NCBI GenBank assembly: GCA_049513715.1
Contig: JBEKVV010000001.1
Coordinates: forward strand, 736,001 to 800,000
DNA length: 64,000 bases
Direction: 5' to 3'
Source of the DNA: Candidatus Bathyarchaeia archaeon
GTDB taxonomy: Archaea > Thermoproteota > Bathyarchaeia > 40CM-2-53-6
Shown in pieces: positions 10,163-18,167 of the stretch. The notes below the pieces were generated by a model. It saw nothing but the letters and a program-made list of their open reading frames with translations. It searched no databases and had not been told where the DNA came from. Within the stretch, counting starts at the first letter, position 1, and the number at the start of each line of letters is the position of its first letter. The translations under genes were made by a program, and so were the position numbers.

Positions 10163-10471
10163 TTGCCGGACAAAGAAGAAAAAAACAGGACAACCTTCGT
10201 AGACAGGCTCCTTGAAATTGTGCTCCGACAAGCCCTAGGCGCTGCCACCAAGACAGCCGAACGGATTGTGAAGCGGACACTCCGTCTGGTCGGACTCGTC
10301 CTTGCAGGGATAGTCATTGTGGTCCTTGGGGTTGCTTTTCTGGCGGTTGGCGCGGTAAGATGGCTGGCCGTTCTGATGCCAGGCTGGTTGGCTTGGGCAG
10401 TCGTGGGCATCGTCTTATTTCTGATCGGTATAACGCTAACGTTAGCAGCGTTGGTTAGTTCCAGGAACTAG
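10163..10471 (+). CDS. YqjE/phage-holin-like two-helix membrane protein
   Basis: Two transmembrane helices with a P.WLA..VVG motif, directly after the DUF883-like gene as in bacterial yqjDE. Confidence 0.6.
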   Translation: MPDKEEKNRTTFVDRLLEIVLRQALGAATKTAERIVKRTLRLVGLVLAGIVIVVLGVAFLAVGAVRWLAVLMPGWLAWAVVGIVLFLIGITLTLAALVSSRN

Positions 10472-10582
10472 ACGCGGAAAGAAACGTAACGAGCACTTGA
10501 AGATAAAGGGACCTGTCCATTCAGGGCTCATTCCGATATAGAAAACCCTCGAAAAACTGCTCGTCACAATAGCTGCTGGCAG

Positions 10583-10873
10583 TCACTCGTGGGGTTCACT
10601 GGATAGGAACTTCACAAGTTTGCCTGCTCCAAGCTTTTCCGCTACGATCTTACGCTCCTCTTCGTTGAGGGGTTTGTACTTGAGGTGCGTATCGGTAACG
10701 CCAACATATCGGCCTGCAACAACGTAGGCATTAGCGTTCTTCTCTTTGTAGATGGTGATTGGCTTGTGGACGGCCGCGGGGTCAGTTCCGGCGTAGAGGT
10801 AGGTCGTCGAGTCTTCAAACTTCAGCTTATCCTCAATCTTGAGGAGCACAAGCTGCGAGTCGTCAGCTTTCAT
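10583..10873 (-). CDS. Hypothetical protein
   Basis: 96-aa ORF with natural composition, downstream of tRNA-Cys. Confidence 0.65.
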   Translation of the reverse strand: MKADDSQLVLLKIEDKLKFEDSTTYLYAGTDPAAVHKPITIYKEKNANAYVVAGRYVGVTDTHLKYKPLNEEERKIVAEKLGAGKLVKFLSSEPHE

Positions 10874-10941
10874 GGAGCAGCCAGCCTCATACCCATACCT
10901 AAAACCCTTGCGGGCCAGTGTGGTGGCAGCGAAGTTTTAGT

Positions 10942-11087
10942 TGGAGCCGGGGATGGGAATTGAACCCACATCAGCGAACGCTGCTTCTATACTGCGGGTT
11001 GCGGCAAGCTTGTATCTACTGCAGCCCGCCGCCTGAACCGTTCGGCCTTCGGTGATCCTTAGGCAAGGCCAAAGGACCAACCCCGGC
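10942..11087 (-). tRNA. tRNA-Cys(GCA) with three introns (8/9: 11079-11048; 37/38: 11018-11000; 48/49: 10988-10970)
   Basis: Removing three BHB-bounded inserts gives a 76-nt cloverleaf: GCCGGGG TG GCCG AACGGTTC AGGC G GCGGG CTGCAGA CCCGC AGTAT GTGGG TTCAATT CCCAT CCCCGGC T CCA. It has the U73 discriminator and an A15-U48 pair. Confidence 0.9.
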
Positions 11088-11164
11088 ATTCGCCCCGGCA
11101 ATAGAACCGTTCACACACAAATCTCTAATCAACCTTTCCAATGTATAGAACTCGTGTACTAGCC

Positions 11165-11467
11165 ATGGCTTCTGACCAGCGTGAGCATAATCAACTGTTT
11201 TTCAGACTTTGTTCTGACCACCTTTCCATCGAAGCCATTCCGAAAGGACACGTTAGGATGAATTTCGACCAAATCAAAGAAGCCCCTCTCCCGAATTATG
11301 AGCTGCTAATGTGGACTCCGCAATTTGTGGTCCTCAGAAACATGAAGGGGCACGAGATTACTGTGAGAAAAGACGGCCGAATGGTCATCCGCAAGGCTGT
11401 TTCTGAATCCGCCGCCAGAACCTCGGCAACTGAAACTTGGGACATCCTGCTAAGCAGAGATAGGTAA
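11165..11467 (+). CDS. Stand-alone homolog of the C-terminal domain of the neighbouring ThiF/MoeB protein
   Basis: RLC...WTPQFVV...GHEITVRKDGRMVIR aligns by eye with WLC...TTPMLIV...GHEVSVFKKGRMLIK in 12174-13208. Confidence 0.65.
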   Translation: MASDQREHNQLFFRLCSDHLSIEAIPKGHVRMNFDQIKEAPLPNYELLMWTPQFVVLRNMKGHEITVRKDGRMVIRKAVSESAARTSATETWDILLSRDR

Positions 11468-11471
11468 CCTA

Positions 11472-12167
11472 TCAGACCGTAATTACCCGGGCATTTTCAA
11501 TGTCTCGTCGCACCATAGCCTCAAGATCCAAAGCTCCCTCAACCTCGGCAAGCCTGTCACGTCTGGCAGCGGTGCTCGGGTTGCTTGTGGGAACGCCGCA
11601 AGTTGCGACTCCTGGGCGAATTGACGTCTCATATGTTCCAATTGCTTCCGCGTATCGAACAATCTGCTGCTTGTTCATGCCCACTAATGGCCTGAGTACG
11701 GATATTTTGTTCAAAACGCAGTCTGCTGAAGTGATGTTCTGGAGTGTTTGGCTGGCCTTTTGTCCTATAGCGTCACCTGTTACTATGGCGGTGCAGTTTT
11801 CCTTCGTCGCTATTTGTTCTGCAACTCGCAGCATAATGCGTCGAGAGAGAACACATGCATACTTCTCTGGGCACTTGGAAACAATTTCCTGTAAGTCAGG
11901 TGAGTGGGACACTAGATATACGGGAACATCATGAGCGTCTAGATTGCCGCAAACCTTTCTGATTGTTTCGAGGGCTATGCTCTCAGCGGCCTGGTCGCAG
12001 AGTGGGTAATTGTCAAAGTACGCAAAGACCGGGTCGATACCCTTCCTGATTAGGAGCCAAGCTGCTACTGGGGAATCGATTCCGCCTGAGACGAGGAAGA
12101 GCGCGCGGCCTCGGAGCCTGAGGTCCGACTGGGGTCTTCTGATCGGTTTAGGTGAATTAAGAGTCAA
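11472..12167 (-). CDS. thiI: ThiI-family PP-loop sulfurtransferase (catalytic domain only, no THUMP)
   Basis: SGGIDSPVAAW, TGDAIGQKASQTL.N, LRPL.G..K; only 231 aa. Confidence 0.85.
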   Translation of the reverse strand: MTLNSPKPIRRPQSDLRLRGRALFLVSGGIDSPVAAWLLIRKGIDPVFAYFDNYPLCDQAAESIALETIRKVCGNLDAHDVPVYLVSHSPDLQEIVSKCPEKYACVLSRRIMLRVAEQIATKENCTAIVTGDAIGQKASQTLQNITSADCVLNKISVLRPLVGMNKQQIVRYAEAIGTYETSIRPGVATCGVPTSNPSTAARRDRLAEVEGALDLEAMVRRDIENARVITV

Positions 12168-12173
12168 GCTGCA

Positions 12174-13208
12174 TCATTTCGTCTCAATGATTTTCGTAAT
12201 ATGGCGGTAGACTTCTAGGGCTTCGTCTTCGGTGCCCACGTTCTTGATGAGCATTCTCCCCTTCTTGAAAACGCTCACTTCATGCCCCTCGTAATCAAAT
12301 ACGATGAGCATTGGCGTAGTCAGGAGAACCTTATGGGTTTTCCCAATTGATTTCGTCAGCGCATCCAAGTTTAGCGACATAGGTAGCTCGGGATTTACAT
12401 TGGCTGTGTTGGATCCGCACAGCCAAGCTAGCCTTTTGGCGATTTGCATGGGCTTGCGGGCTTTTATTTGGCAAACCTCGCAGTCCGGCCTGATGCTTAA
12501 TTCAACGGTTCTGAATTCTGACTGGGCGAAATCGAAGACCATTAGTTTAGCCTTTGAGTGAGGTTCGATTCCCACGAGAACCTTTACCGTTTCCATGGCC
12601 TGAATTGCACCCACGATGCCTGTTGTGGCTCCAAGAACTCCGCGGATTTCGCATGTGGGCAAGTCCGCATCGTCCAATCCGGGTAGGATGCATTCGAGGC
12701 ATGGGGTCTCTGGGCTTCTGAAGACTGCTACGTTTCCTTCCATTCCAATCGCACCACCAAACACGAAAGGAATCTTGTGCTCCACACAATAGCGGTTCAC
12801 CACGTACCTTGTTCGCATGTTGTCCAAGCCGTCCACTACACAGTCAGAGTCAGCGATTATGGAGCGGATGTTGTCGGGTCCCAGGTTCTCTGGGAATGGC
12901 TCCGTTCTGATTTCAGGGTTGACTTCTTTGATCCGTCGGGCCGCCGCCTCGACTTTGGGGTAGCGTAGATCGTTTAGTGAGTATAGGGCCTGACGGTGCA
13001 GGTTGTTGAACTCAACAGTGTCTTGGTCAACAAGTTTCAACGTCCCCACTCCAGCCAAGGCGAGAAATAGCGCCGAAATGCTGCCTAAGCCGCCCAAGCC
13101 GACGATTGTGATCTTGGAACCCCGTAGCTTCTCCTGGCCAAGCTTCCCAAGCTCACTCAGGATTGTCTGGCGGCTGTAAAATTCTGAACTGTTGAACTGC
13201 ATGCTCAT
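12174..13208 (-). CDS. ThiF/MoeB/UbaA family E1-like adenylyltransferase
   Basis: GLGGLG, D.VEFNNLHRQ, DGLDN..TR, PCLEC, active-site TC..RGV, CEVC. Confidence 0.92.
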   Translation of the reverse strand: MSMQFNSSEFYSRQTILSELGKLGQEKLRGSKITIVGLGGLGSISALFLALAGVGTLKLVDQDTVEFNNLHRQALYSLNDLRYPKVEAAARRIKEVNPEIRTEPFPENLGPDNIRSIIADSDCVVDGLDNMRTRYVVNRYCVEHKIPFVFGGAIGMEGNVAVFRSPETPCLECILPGLDDADLPTCEIRGVLGATTGIVGAIQAMETVKVLVGIEPHSKAKLMVFDFAQSEFRTVELSIRPDCEVCQIKARKPMQIAKRLAWLCGSNTANVNPELPMSLNLDALTKSIGKTHKVLLTTPMLIVFDYEGHEVSVFKKGRMLIKNVGTEDEALEVYRHITKIIETK

Positions 13209-13266
13209 TGACGGTCGGTAAGATAGATGGCAGAAGGAGGCTTTCAGCATATGGGCGCAGCTTGGT

Positions 13267-14460
13267 TCACGAGTGGAAGGGTAGGCCGAGTTTTGCGAGC
13301 CGGTACTTGAAGTAGGGCCACGCTATTTTGGTTCTAACATCTCTGTATCGCAAGGTTCCATCCATCAGGCCAACCATGCTCTGTTGCACCCTCTCCTCGC
13401 CGAAGAAAAATCGGGCGACGCGCTCCATGTCATATTGCTCCAGGTAGGTGAAGCAGGCCACACCATACGCGATCTCAAAATCTAACCCGAACATTTCCCT
13501 GCATTGTCGTTGGTATTCGTTCAAGAAGGTCTTATCGTAACGCTCATTATGGCAGGCCCGCACTGCGACCTGTGCAGCTATCTGAGCACCCAAGATTGAA
13601 AAGTAAATTCCCTCACCAAGTAATGGTTCAGCGAAGCCCGCTGAATCACCCGCGAGCATAACTCTGTCAGTCACGGTTGGGACTTTTGCGTAGCCGCCAA
13701 GTGGGATTAGGTGGGCTTGGGGGTTTGGAATATCAACGCCGTCAAGTTGGGGAATTCGCTTAACAAAGTTATCAAACAGGTCGCGGGCATGCCTGAGCTT
13801 ACTGAGCCTGCAACCAACGCCGACCGTCAAATGGTCGTCTTTGGGAAAGACCCAACCATAACCTCCCGCGGAAACCCCAAAGTAGACGTCGAAAAAAGCC
13901 TCGCTGCCAATGAAGTCCTGTACAACCTTTTCCCCGACCGGAACCTCGCTCTCTATTGCGTACGCAACTTGGTCAGGCTTCCAGCGGTGATAAAGTCGGG
14001 TCGCGCGTGCTGTCGGGCCCCCCATTCCATCAGCTCCTATGAGCAACTGGGAATGATAGGAATTGCCCGGTGTTTTGACTTCGATATATGAGTCAGTTTG
14101 GCTGATGGTATGCACAGGGCTTCCATCCCTGAGTTCGGCACCTGCCTCCGTCGCCTTCTCGGTGAGGTACGCGTCGAACTTCGTTCGAGAAGTCATGTAG
14201 ACGAGCGTGCGGTTCGTCTCGAATGTGTGACACGAGTCTCCCACATGGGTTCTGGTTGATTTTGGGGCGCACTCGACGAGCTCGTTTGGAAGCGGAAAAT
14301 CAAGAAGTTTCAGAACTTTGGGTGTCACCCCGCCCCCGCATAACTTACTCCTTGGAATGTGGTCCTTTTCGATCAGTAGCGTCTTCAATCCTTCCTGCGC
14401 TGCGGCTCGTGCGGCTGACGCTCCGGCTGGGCCTGCGCCGACCACAATCAAATCGTACAT
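13267..14460 (-). CDS. Geranylgeranyl reductase family flavoprotein
   Basis: GAGPAG, KLCGGG, YGWVFPK, GDSAGF..P..GEGI. Confidence 0.9.
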   Translation of the reverse strand: MYDLIVVGAGPAGASAARAAAQEGLKTLLIEKDHIPRSKLCGGGVTPKVLKLLDFPLPNELVECAPKSTRTHVGDSCHTFETNRTLVYMTSRTKFDAYLTEKATEAGAELRDGSPVHTISQTDSYIEVKTPGNSYHSQLLIGADGMGGPTARATRLYHRWKPDQVAYAIESEVPVGEKVVQDFIGSEAFFDVYFGVSAGGYGWVFPKDDHLTVGVGCRLSKLRHARDLFDNFVKRIPQLDGVDIPNPQAHLIPLGGYAKVPTVTDRVMLAGDSAGFAEPLLGEGIYFSILGAQIAAQVAVRACHNERYDKTFLNEYQRQCREMFGLDFEIAYGVACFTYLEQYDMERVARFFFGEERVQQSMVGLMDGTLRYRDVRTKIAWPYFKYRLAKLGLPFHS

Positions 14461-14607
14461 TTTGGTCCCGTAGTTGCCAAGACAGACGAGTAGAACGTTT
14501 TTACCTTTCTGGAAACAATTTGCTCACAGTGGGAGGACGTATTTCTTCCGTTCATCGCAGTGCAAAGTTGAGTTCGGCAAGAACTCAGCTAAGTACGTAA
14601 AGTGGCT

Positions 14608-15567
14608 TTACGGGAACTTGGGGCTCAGCGAGCCGTGCGGGCAAGCGTCGACGCACTCCATGCACATTATGCATTCAGGGTCATTGAACTTCTCCCAAGG
14701 TAAGTCAAGGATATTGATTTGCATCGGGCATTTTACTTCGCAGTGGGGGCACTTCATGCATTTTACGGGGTCGCGTTTGATTCCCGCGTAACTATATCGC
14801 TGGAACACTGCCATCAGGGCTCCCGTCGGGCAAATGTACCTGCAAAAGAATCTTGGAACTTTCCACGCAGCCCCAAAGAATGCCACCAGGACCAGAATCC
14901 GTACTGCAAGTAAGGCTGGTATTTGGGTCAGTTGTGTCCAAACCTCCTGCATCGTTGGCGGTTGAGATAGGAATGACCCAAAGTTCTCGCGTGCCATGTT
15001 CAACAGTACTGGGAGGGTTCCGAACAATGTTCCGTCAGGGGAGATTGCTAAGAACGGGCCGGCAGCCAAAGCACCCAGCGCGTTCTTGTAGTCCGAACCT
15101 GATCCCAAGTAGAGGGCGAGGCCTAGGGTCCCGCTAATCAACAGCGTCATGAATAGAACTAGGTACTTGAAGTTCTTCGAGGCTGTGTGGGTCCGAGGCG
15201 AGACCACGTCCAATTTACCTTTCAGGGTGGTGATTATGTCCTGTATGAAACCAACCGGGCAAACCCAACCGCAAAAGGCACGCCCCACTACCGCCCCAAT
15301 CAGGAAGATGGTTCCGATCACAATCCATGGGAACTCTGGCTGGGCTAACTCAACTTGAATTAGGTCGAAAGAGCTGTAAATTGTGGTGAAATGCGAGTTC
15401 ACGCTAGCAAGAATCGGAAGGCCGAACGGGATGGTTTGCACCTTCAAGGGGTAGATCAGCGAGAAGGCAAGAGCGTTAACAGCCAGAAGAGAGACTAGCT
15501 GCACAATCATGCGGGGAAGTGTCCACTTGAACTTGAACCTGCGAAGGTCTTCCTCTTTTTCACTCAA
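14608..15567 (-). CDS. Membrane 4Fe-4S binding protein (NapH/MauN/YccM family)
   Basis: GRAFCGWVCP and RFFCRYICP motifs; two C-terminal CxxCxxCxxxCP ferredoxin motifs. Confidence 0.88.
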   Translation of the reverse strand: MSEKEEDLRRFKFKWTLPRMIVQLVSLLAVNALAFSLIYPLKVQTIPFGLPILASVNSHFTTIYSSFDLIQVELAQPEFPWIVIGTIFLIGAVVGRAFCGWVCPVGFIQDIITTLKGKLDVVSPRTHTASKNFKYLVLFMTLLISGTLGLALYLGSGSDYKNALGALAAGPFLAISPDGTLFGTLPVLLNMARENFGSFLSQPPTMQEVWTQLTQIPALLAVRILVLVAFFGAAWKVPRFFCRYICPTGALMAVFQRYSYAGIKRDPVKCMKCPHCEVKCPMQINILDLPWEKFNDPECIMCMECVDACPHGSLSPKFP

Positions 15568-15577
15568 CTTTCAAGCC

Positions 15578-15703
15578 TCATGGAAGTGGAAGAACATAGG
15601 CGCGTAACATGTCGGCAAGGATCTTGAAGTCATTGAAATACAGTCCTACCATGATTGCAGTCAACCCGACCAGTATTGTGAAAGCAGCAATTGTTTGCTT
15701 CAA
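15578..15703 (-). CDS. Small single-helix membrane protein (41 aa) upstream of the 4Fe-4S protein
   Basis: TTG-start ORF MKQTIAAFTILVGLTAIMVGLYFNDFKILADMLRAYVLPLP ends 10 nt before the next start. Confidence 0.55.
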   Translation of the reverse strand: MKQTIAAFTILVGLTAIMVGLYFNDFKILADMLRAYVLPLP

Positions 15704-15905
15704 AGAGCTTCTTCTCAGTGATTGTGAAGGATTTTGTTAGCGTTGAGGACCCTTGTAATTATACCTTTCCAACCCCGACTAAGTGCAGACCTTCATGGAA
15801 AAACTAGTTGTTTGTGGGCCTGATTGTTTTGTCATTGGCGAGTACTTAGTTTCGCTGCTTTTCGTATTGGACCGACGATATCGGATCGAGGGCGTAATAG
15901 CCACA

Positions 15906-17282
15906 TTAGTGGTGCCCTTGTATTCCTGTTGTGTTGTGGCTCTTCCACAATGAGTCTGTCAAGTCGCTTAGTCTTTGGCTTAGTCTAACGGGAGGTGTTT
16001 CTGAGCCAGTTAGCTTCTTGTATTTCGCGGGCAGTGAAGCAACTCCTTTCTTAGCTTTCTCCTGTATTTCGTCAATCTTGGGTAGCGAGTAAACCAGTCT
16101 TCCATTCTCCAAGACTTTCGTCAGTAGCGGAATCGTGCCATTAGGCGCCTTTTCGTCTTCCAAGGAGAGAGTGTCTTCAACGATTTCTCCGCTCGCTGAG
16201 AAACGCCGGTAGATTTGCTTCGGACCCGGAATCGTCCGCTTGCCTTCGCTTGTCTTGGCTCTGTAGACTTCCTTTCCATCCCGCTCAAGAGCCACTAATT
16301 TGTAGATTCCGGAAAGCGCCGGGTCGTCTCGTGATGTTACCAATTCGGTGCCAACGCCAAACTGGTCCATCGGCGCACTTCTGGACGTAAAGTCGTCCAA
16401 GATGAACTCGTTTAGGTCACCGCTCACGAAGATCTTCGTGTTGTTCAAGCCAGCACGGTCGAGCATCTTTCGCACCTGTTGGCTCAGGCTGAAGCGGTCA
16501 CCGCTATCAAGCCTAACAAGAGTGGGTTTCACCTTGCCCGAAATGGCCTTCTTAGCTCCCTCGACTGTATCATATGTGTCCAAGAGCAATGCCGGGTTGG
16601 ACGGGAACACTTTGCAGAATTTCTCGAATGCTTCCTCTTCCGTATCATAACTCATAATGTATGAATGAGCCATTGTTCCGTAGGTTGGAATGCCGAATAG
16701 GTAACCTGCGAGCACATTTGATGAGCCAATACACCCACCTATGTAGCTTGCCCGCGCAGCCAAAAGTGCCGCTTCTGGTCCGTGAGCTCTCCTCGAACCG
16801 AACTCCACAACACCTCTGCCCCGGGCGCTTTGTACAACACGGGAAGCTTTCGTGGCAATCAGCGTCTCAAAATTCATAATGCCCAACAGATAGGTTTCAA
16901 CGATTTGGGCTTCGATAATAGGCGCCCTAACACGCAGGATAGGTTCATCGGTGAAGAAGACAGTTCCTTCGGGCAGTGCAAATACCTCTCCCCCAAACCT
17001 GAAGCCCAAAAGGTAGTCAAAAAATCCTTTGCTGACATGTTTGAAGCTCGGATGCCGCTCAAGGTACTTGACATGCTCCTCAGTGAAACGTAGTCTTGTC
17101 AGGTAGTTGACAGCCTGTTCGAGCCCCGCGGCTAGAAGATAGGAACGGTTCTTCGGCAAGTTTCTTACGAAAAGCTCGAACGTGGCAGTACCGTTTTCGT
17201 GGTTATCAAAATATGCAGCCGCCATGGTCAACTCGTAAAGGTCGGTTGACAGTGCCGCATCAGGAATCAGAAAATGTGACAC
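15906..17282 (-). CDS. pncB: Nicotinate phosphoribosyltransferase
   Basis: TDLYELTM, EFGSRRAHG, GTMAHS, LLDTYD, VRLDSGD, GVGT, YKLV. Confidence 0.95.
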   Translation of the reverse strand: MSHFLIPDAALSTDLYELTMAAAYFDNHENGTATFELFVRNLPKNRSYLLAAGLEQAVNYLTRLRFTEEHVKYLERHPSFKHVSKGFFDYLLGFRFGGEVFALPEGTVFFTDEPILRVRAPIIEAQIVETYLLGIMNFETLIATKASRVVQSARGRGVVEFGSRRAHGPEAALLAARASYIGGCIGSSNVLAGYLFGIPTYGTMAHSYIMSYDTEEEAFEKFCKVFPSNPALLLDTYDTVEGAKKAISGKVKPTLVRLDSGDRFSLSQQVRKMLDRAGLNNTKIFVSGDLNEFILDDFTSRSAPMDQFGVGTELVTSRDDPALSGIYKLVALERDGKEVYRAKTSEGKRTIPGPKQIYRRFSASGEIVEDTLSLEDEKAPNGTIPLLTKVLENGRLVYSLPKIDEIQEKAKKGVASLPAKYKKLTGSETPPVRLSQRLSDLTDSLWKSHNTTGIQGHH

Positions 17283-17495
17283 GCTTCGAGTACCCCACTT
17301 GTTCGACCTCGATGGTTTCATGCGAGTTTAAAACTGTTAGTGCAACTCCACGAAGTCGCGCGCCGAATGAACAACCTCAGTTGGTGTCATATTTCGACGA
17401 GAGAGGATTTTGGTTGCTGAAAGACTTAAATTGGATGTCTTTTGTTACTCGCACGAACATTTCAGGCTCAATCCAAGAAACCAGTGGTGAACTTG

Positions 17496-18167
17496 ATGAT
17501 GCCCCGCCACAAATCCGCCGGGTTCGGAGGCAGAAGCATCAAGTACCGAGGCAAAACATACTCTAACTCTTGCCTTTCGTGCCAAGATTTCGTGAACTGT
17601 TGCGGGAGCTCTAATCAGACCGCTTTCGATGGTGCATCACCATCTAAGAAAGGATTGGGCTTGTCTCGCAGGGATTTTCTAAAGATCATGGGCGGGGTTT
17701 CAGCGGTTCTGGCTGGCGCACCGTTCATTGCGGCCGGGCAGTATTTGATCCCGCAAATTCCCAAGACGTTCAAAGAGGTATTGATCGCCAAGAAGAGTGA
17801 TGTGCCTGTGAATGGGTCAATAGTTTTCTGGTTCCCGTTCACAACCGACCCGACCTATACGAACATGTTGATTCATCTGCCCCCCAACTTGGCGCAAGAG
17901 GCTAAGAGTGAGTTCGTTGCGTTCAACAGGACTTGCATACACCTCCAATGCCTAGTCTCCTACCTCTCGAACTCACAGTTGATCGGATGCCCCTGCCACG
18001 GCAGCGAATACAGGCCTACTGACGGCTGGCCTGTGGCGGGGCCAGCGGCGCAGATCGGCCGTTACCTGCCTAATGTTCAATTGAGAATTGACGGTGAGGA
18101 CATCTACGCAGTAAACGTAAACTTGGATGATATCGGATATGGCAACACAACGCCCCCCTCCCAATGA
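17496..18167 (+). CDS. Rieske 2Fe-2S protein of a bc-type complex, Tat-exported
   Basis: SRRDFLK Tat signal, CIHLQC and CPCHGSEY boxes, GPA; GGTGA Shine-Dalgarno before ATG 17496. Confidence 0.92.
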   Translation: MMPRHKSAGFGGRSIKYRGKTYSNSCLSCQDFVNCCGSSNQTAFDGASPSKKGLGLSRRDFLKIMGGVSAVLAGAPFIAAGQYLIPQIPKTFKEVLIAKKSDVPVNGSIVFWFPFTTDPTYTNMLIHLPPNLAQEAKSEFVAFNRTCIHLQCLVSYLSNSQLIGCPCHGSEYRPTDGWPVAGPAAQIGRYLPNVQLRIDGEDIYAVNVNLDDIGYGNTTPPSQ

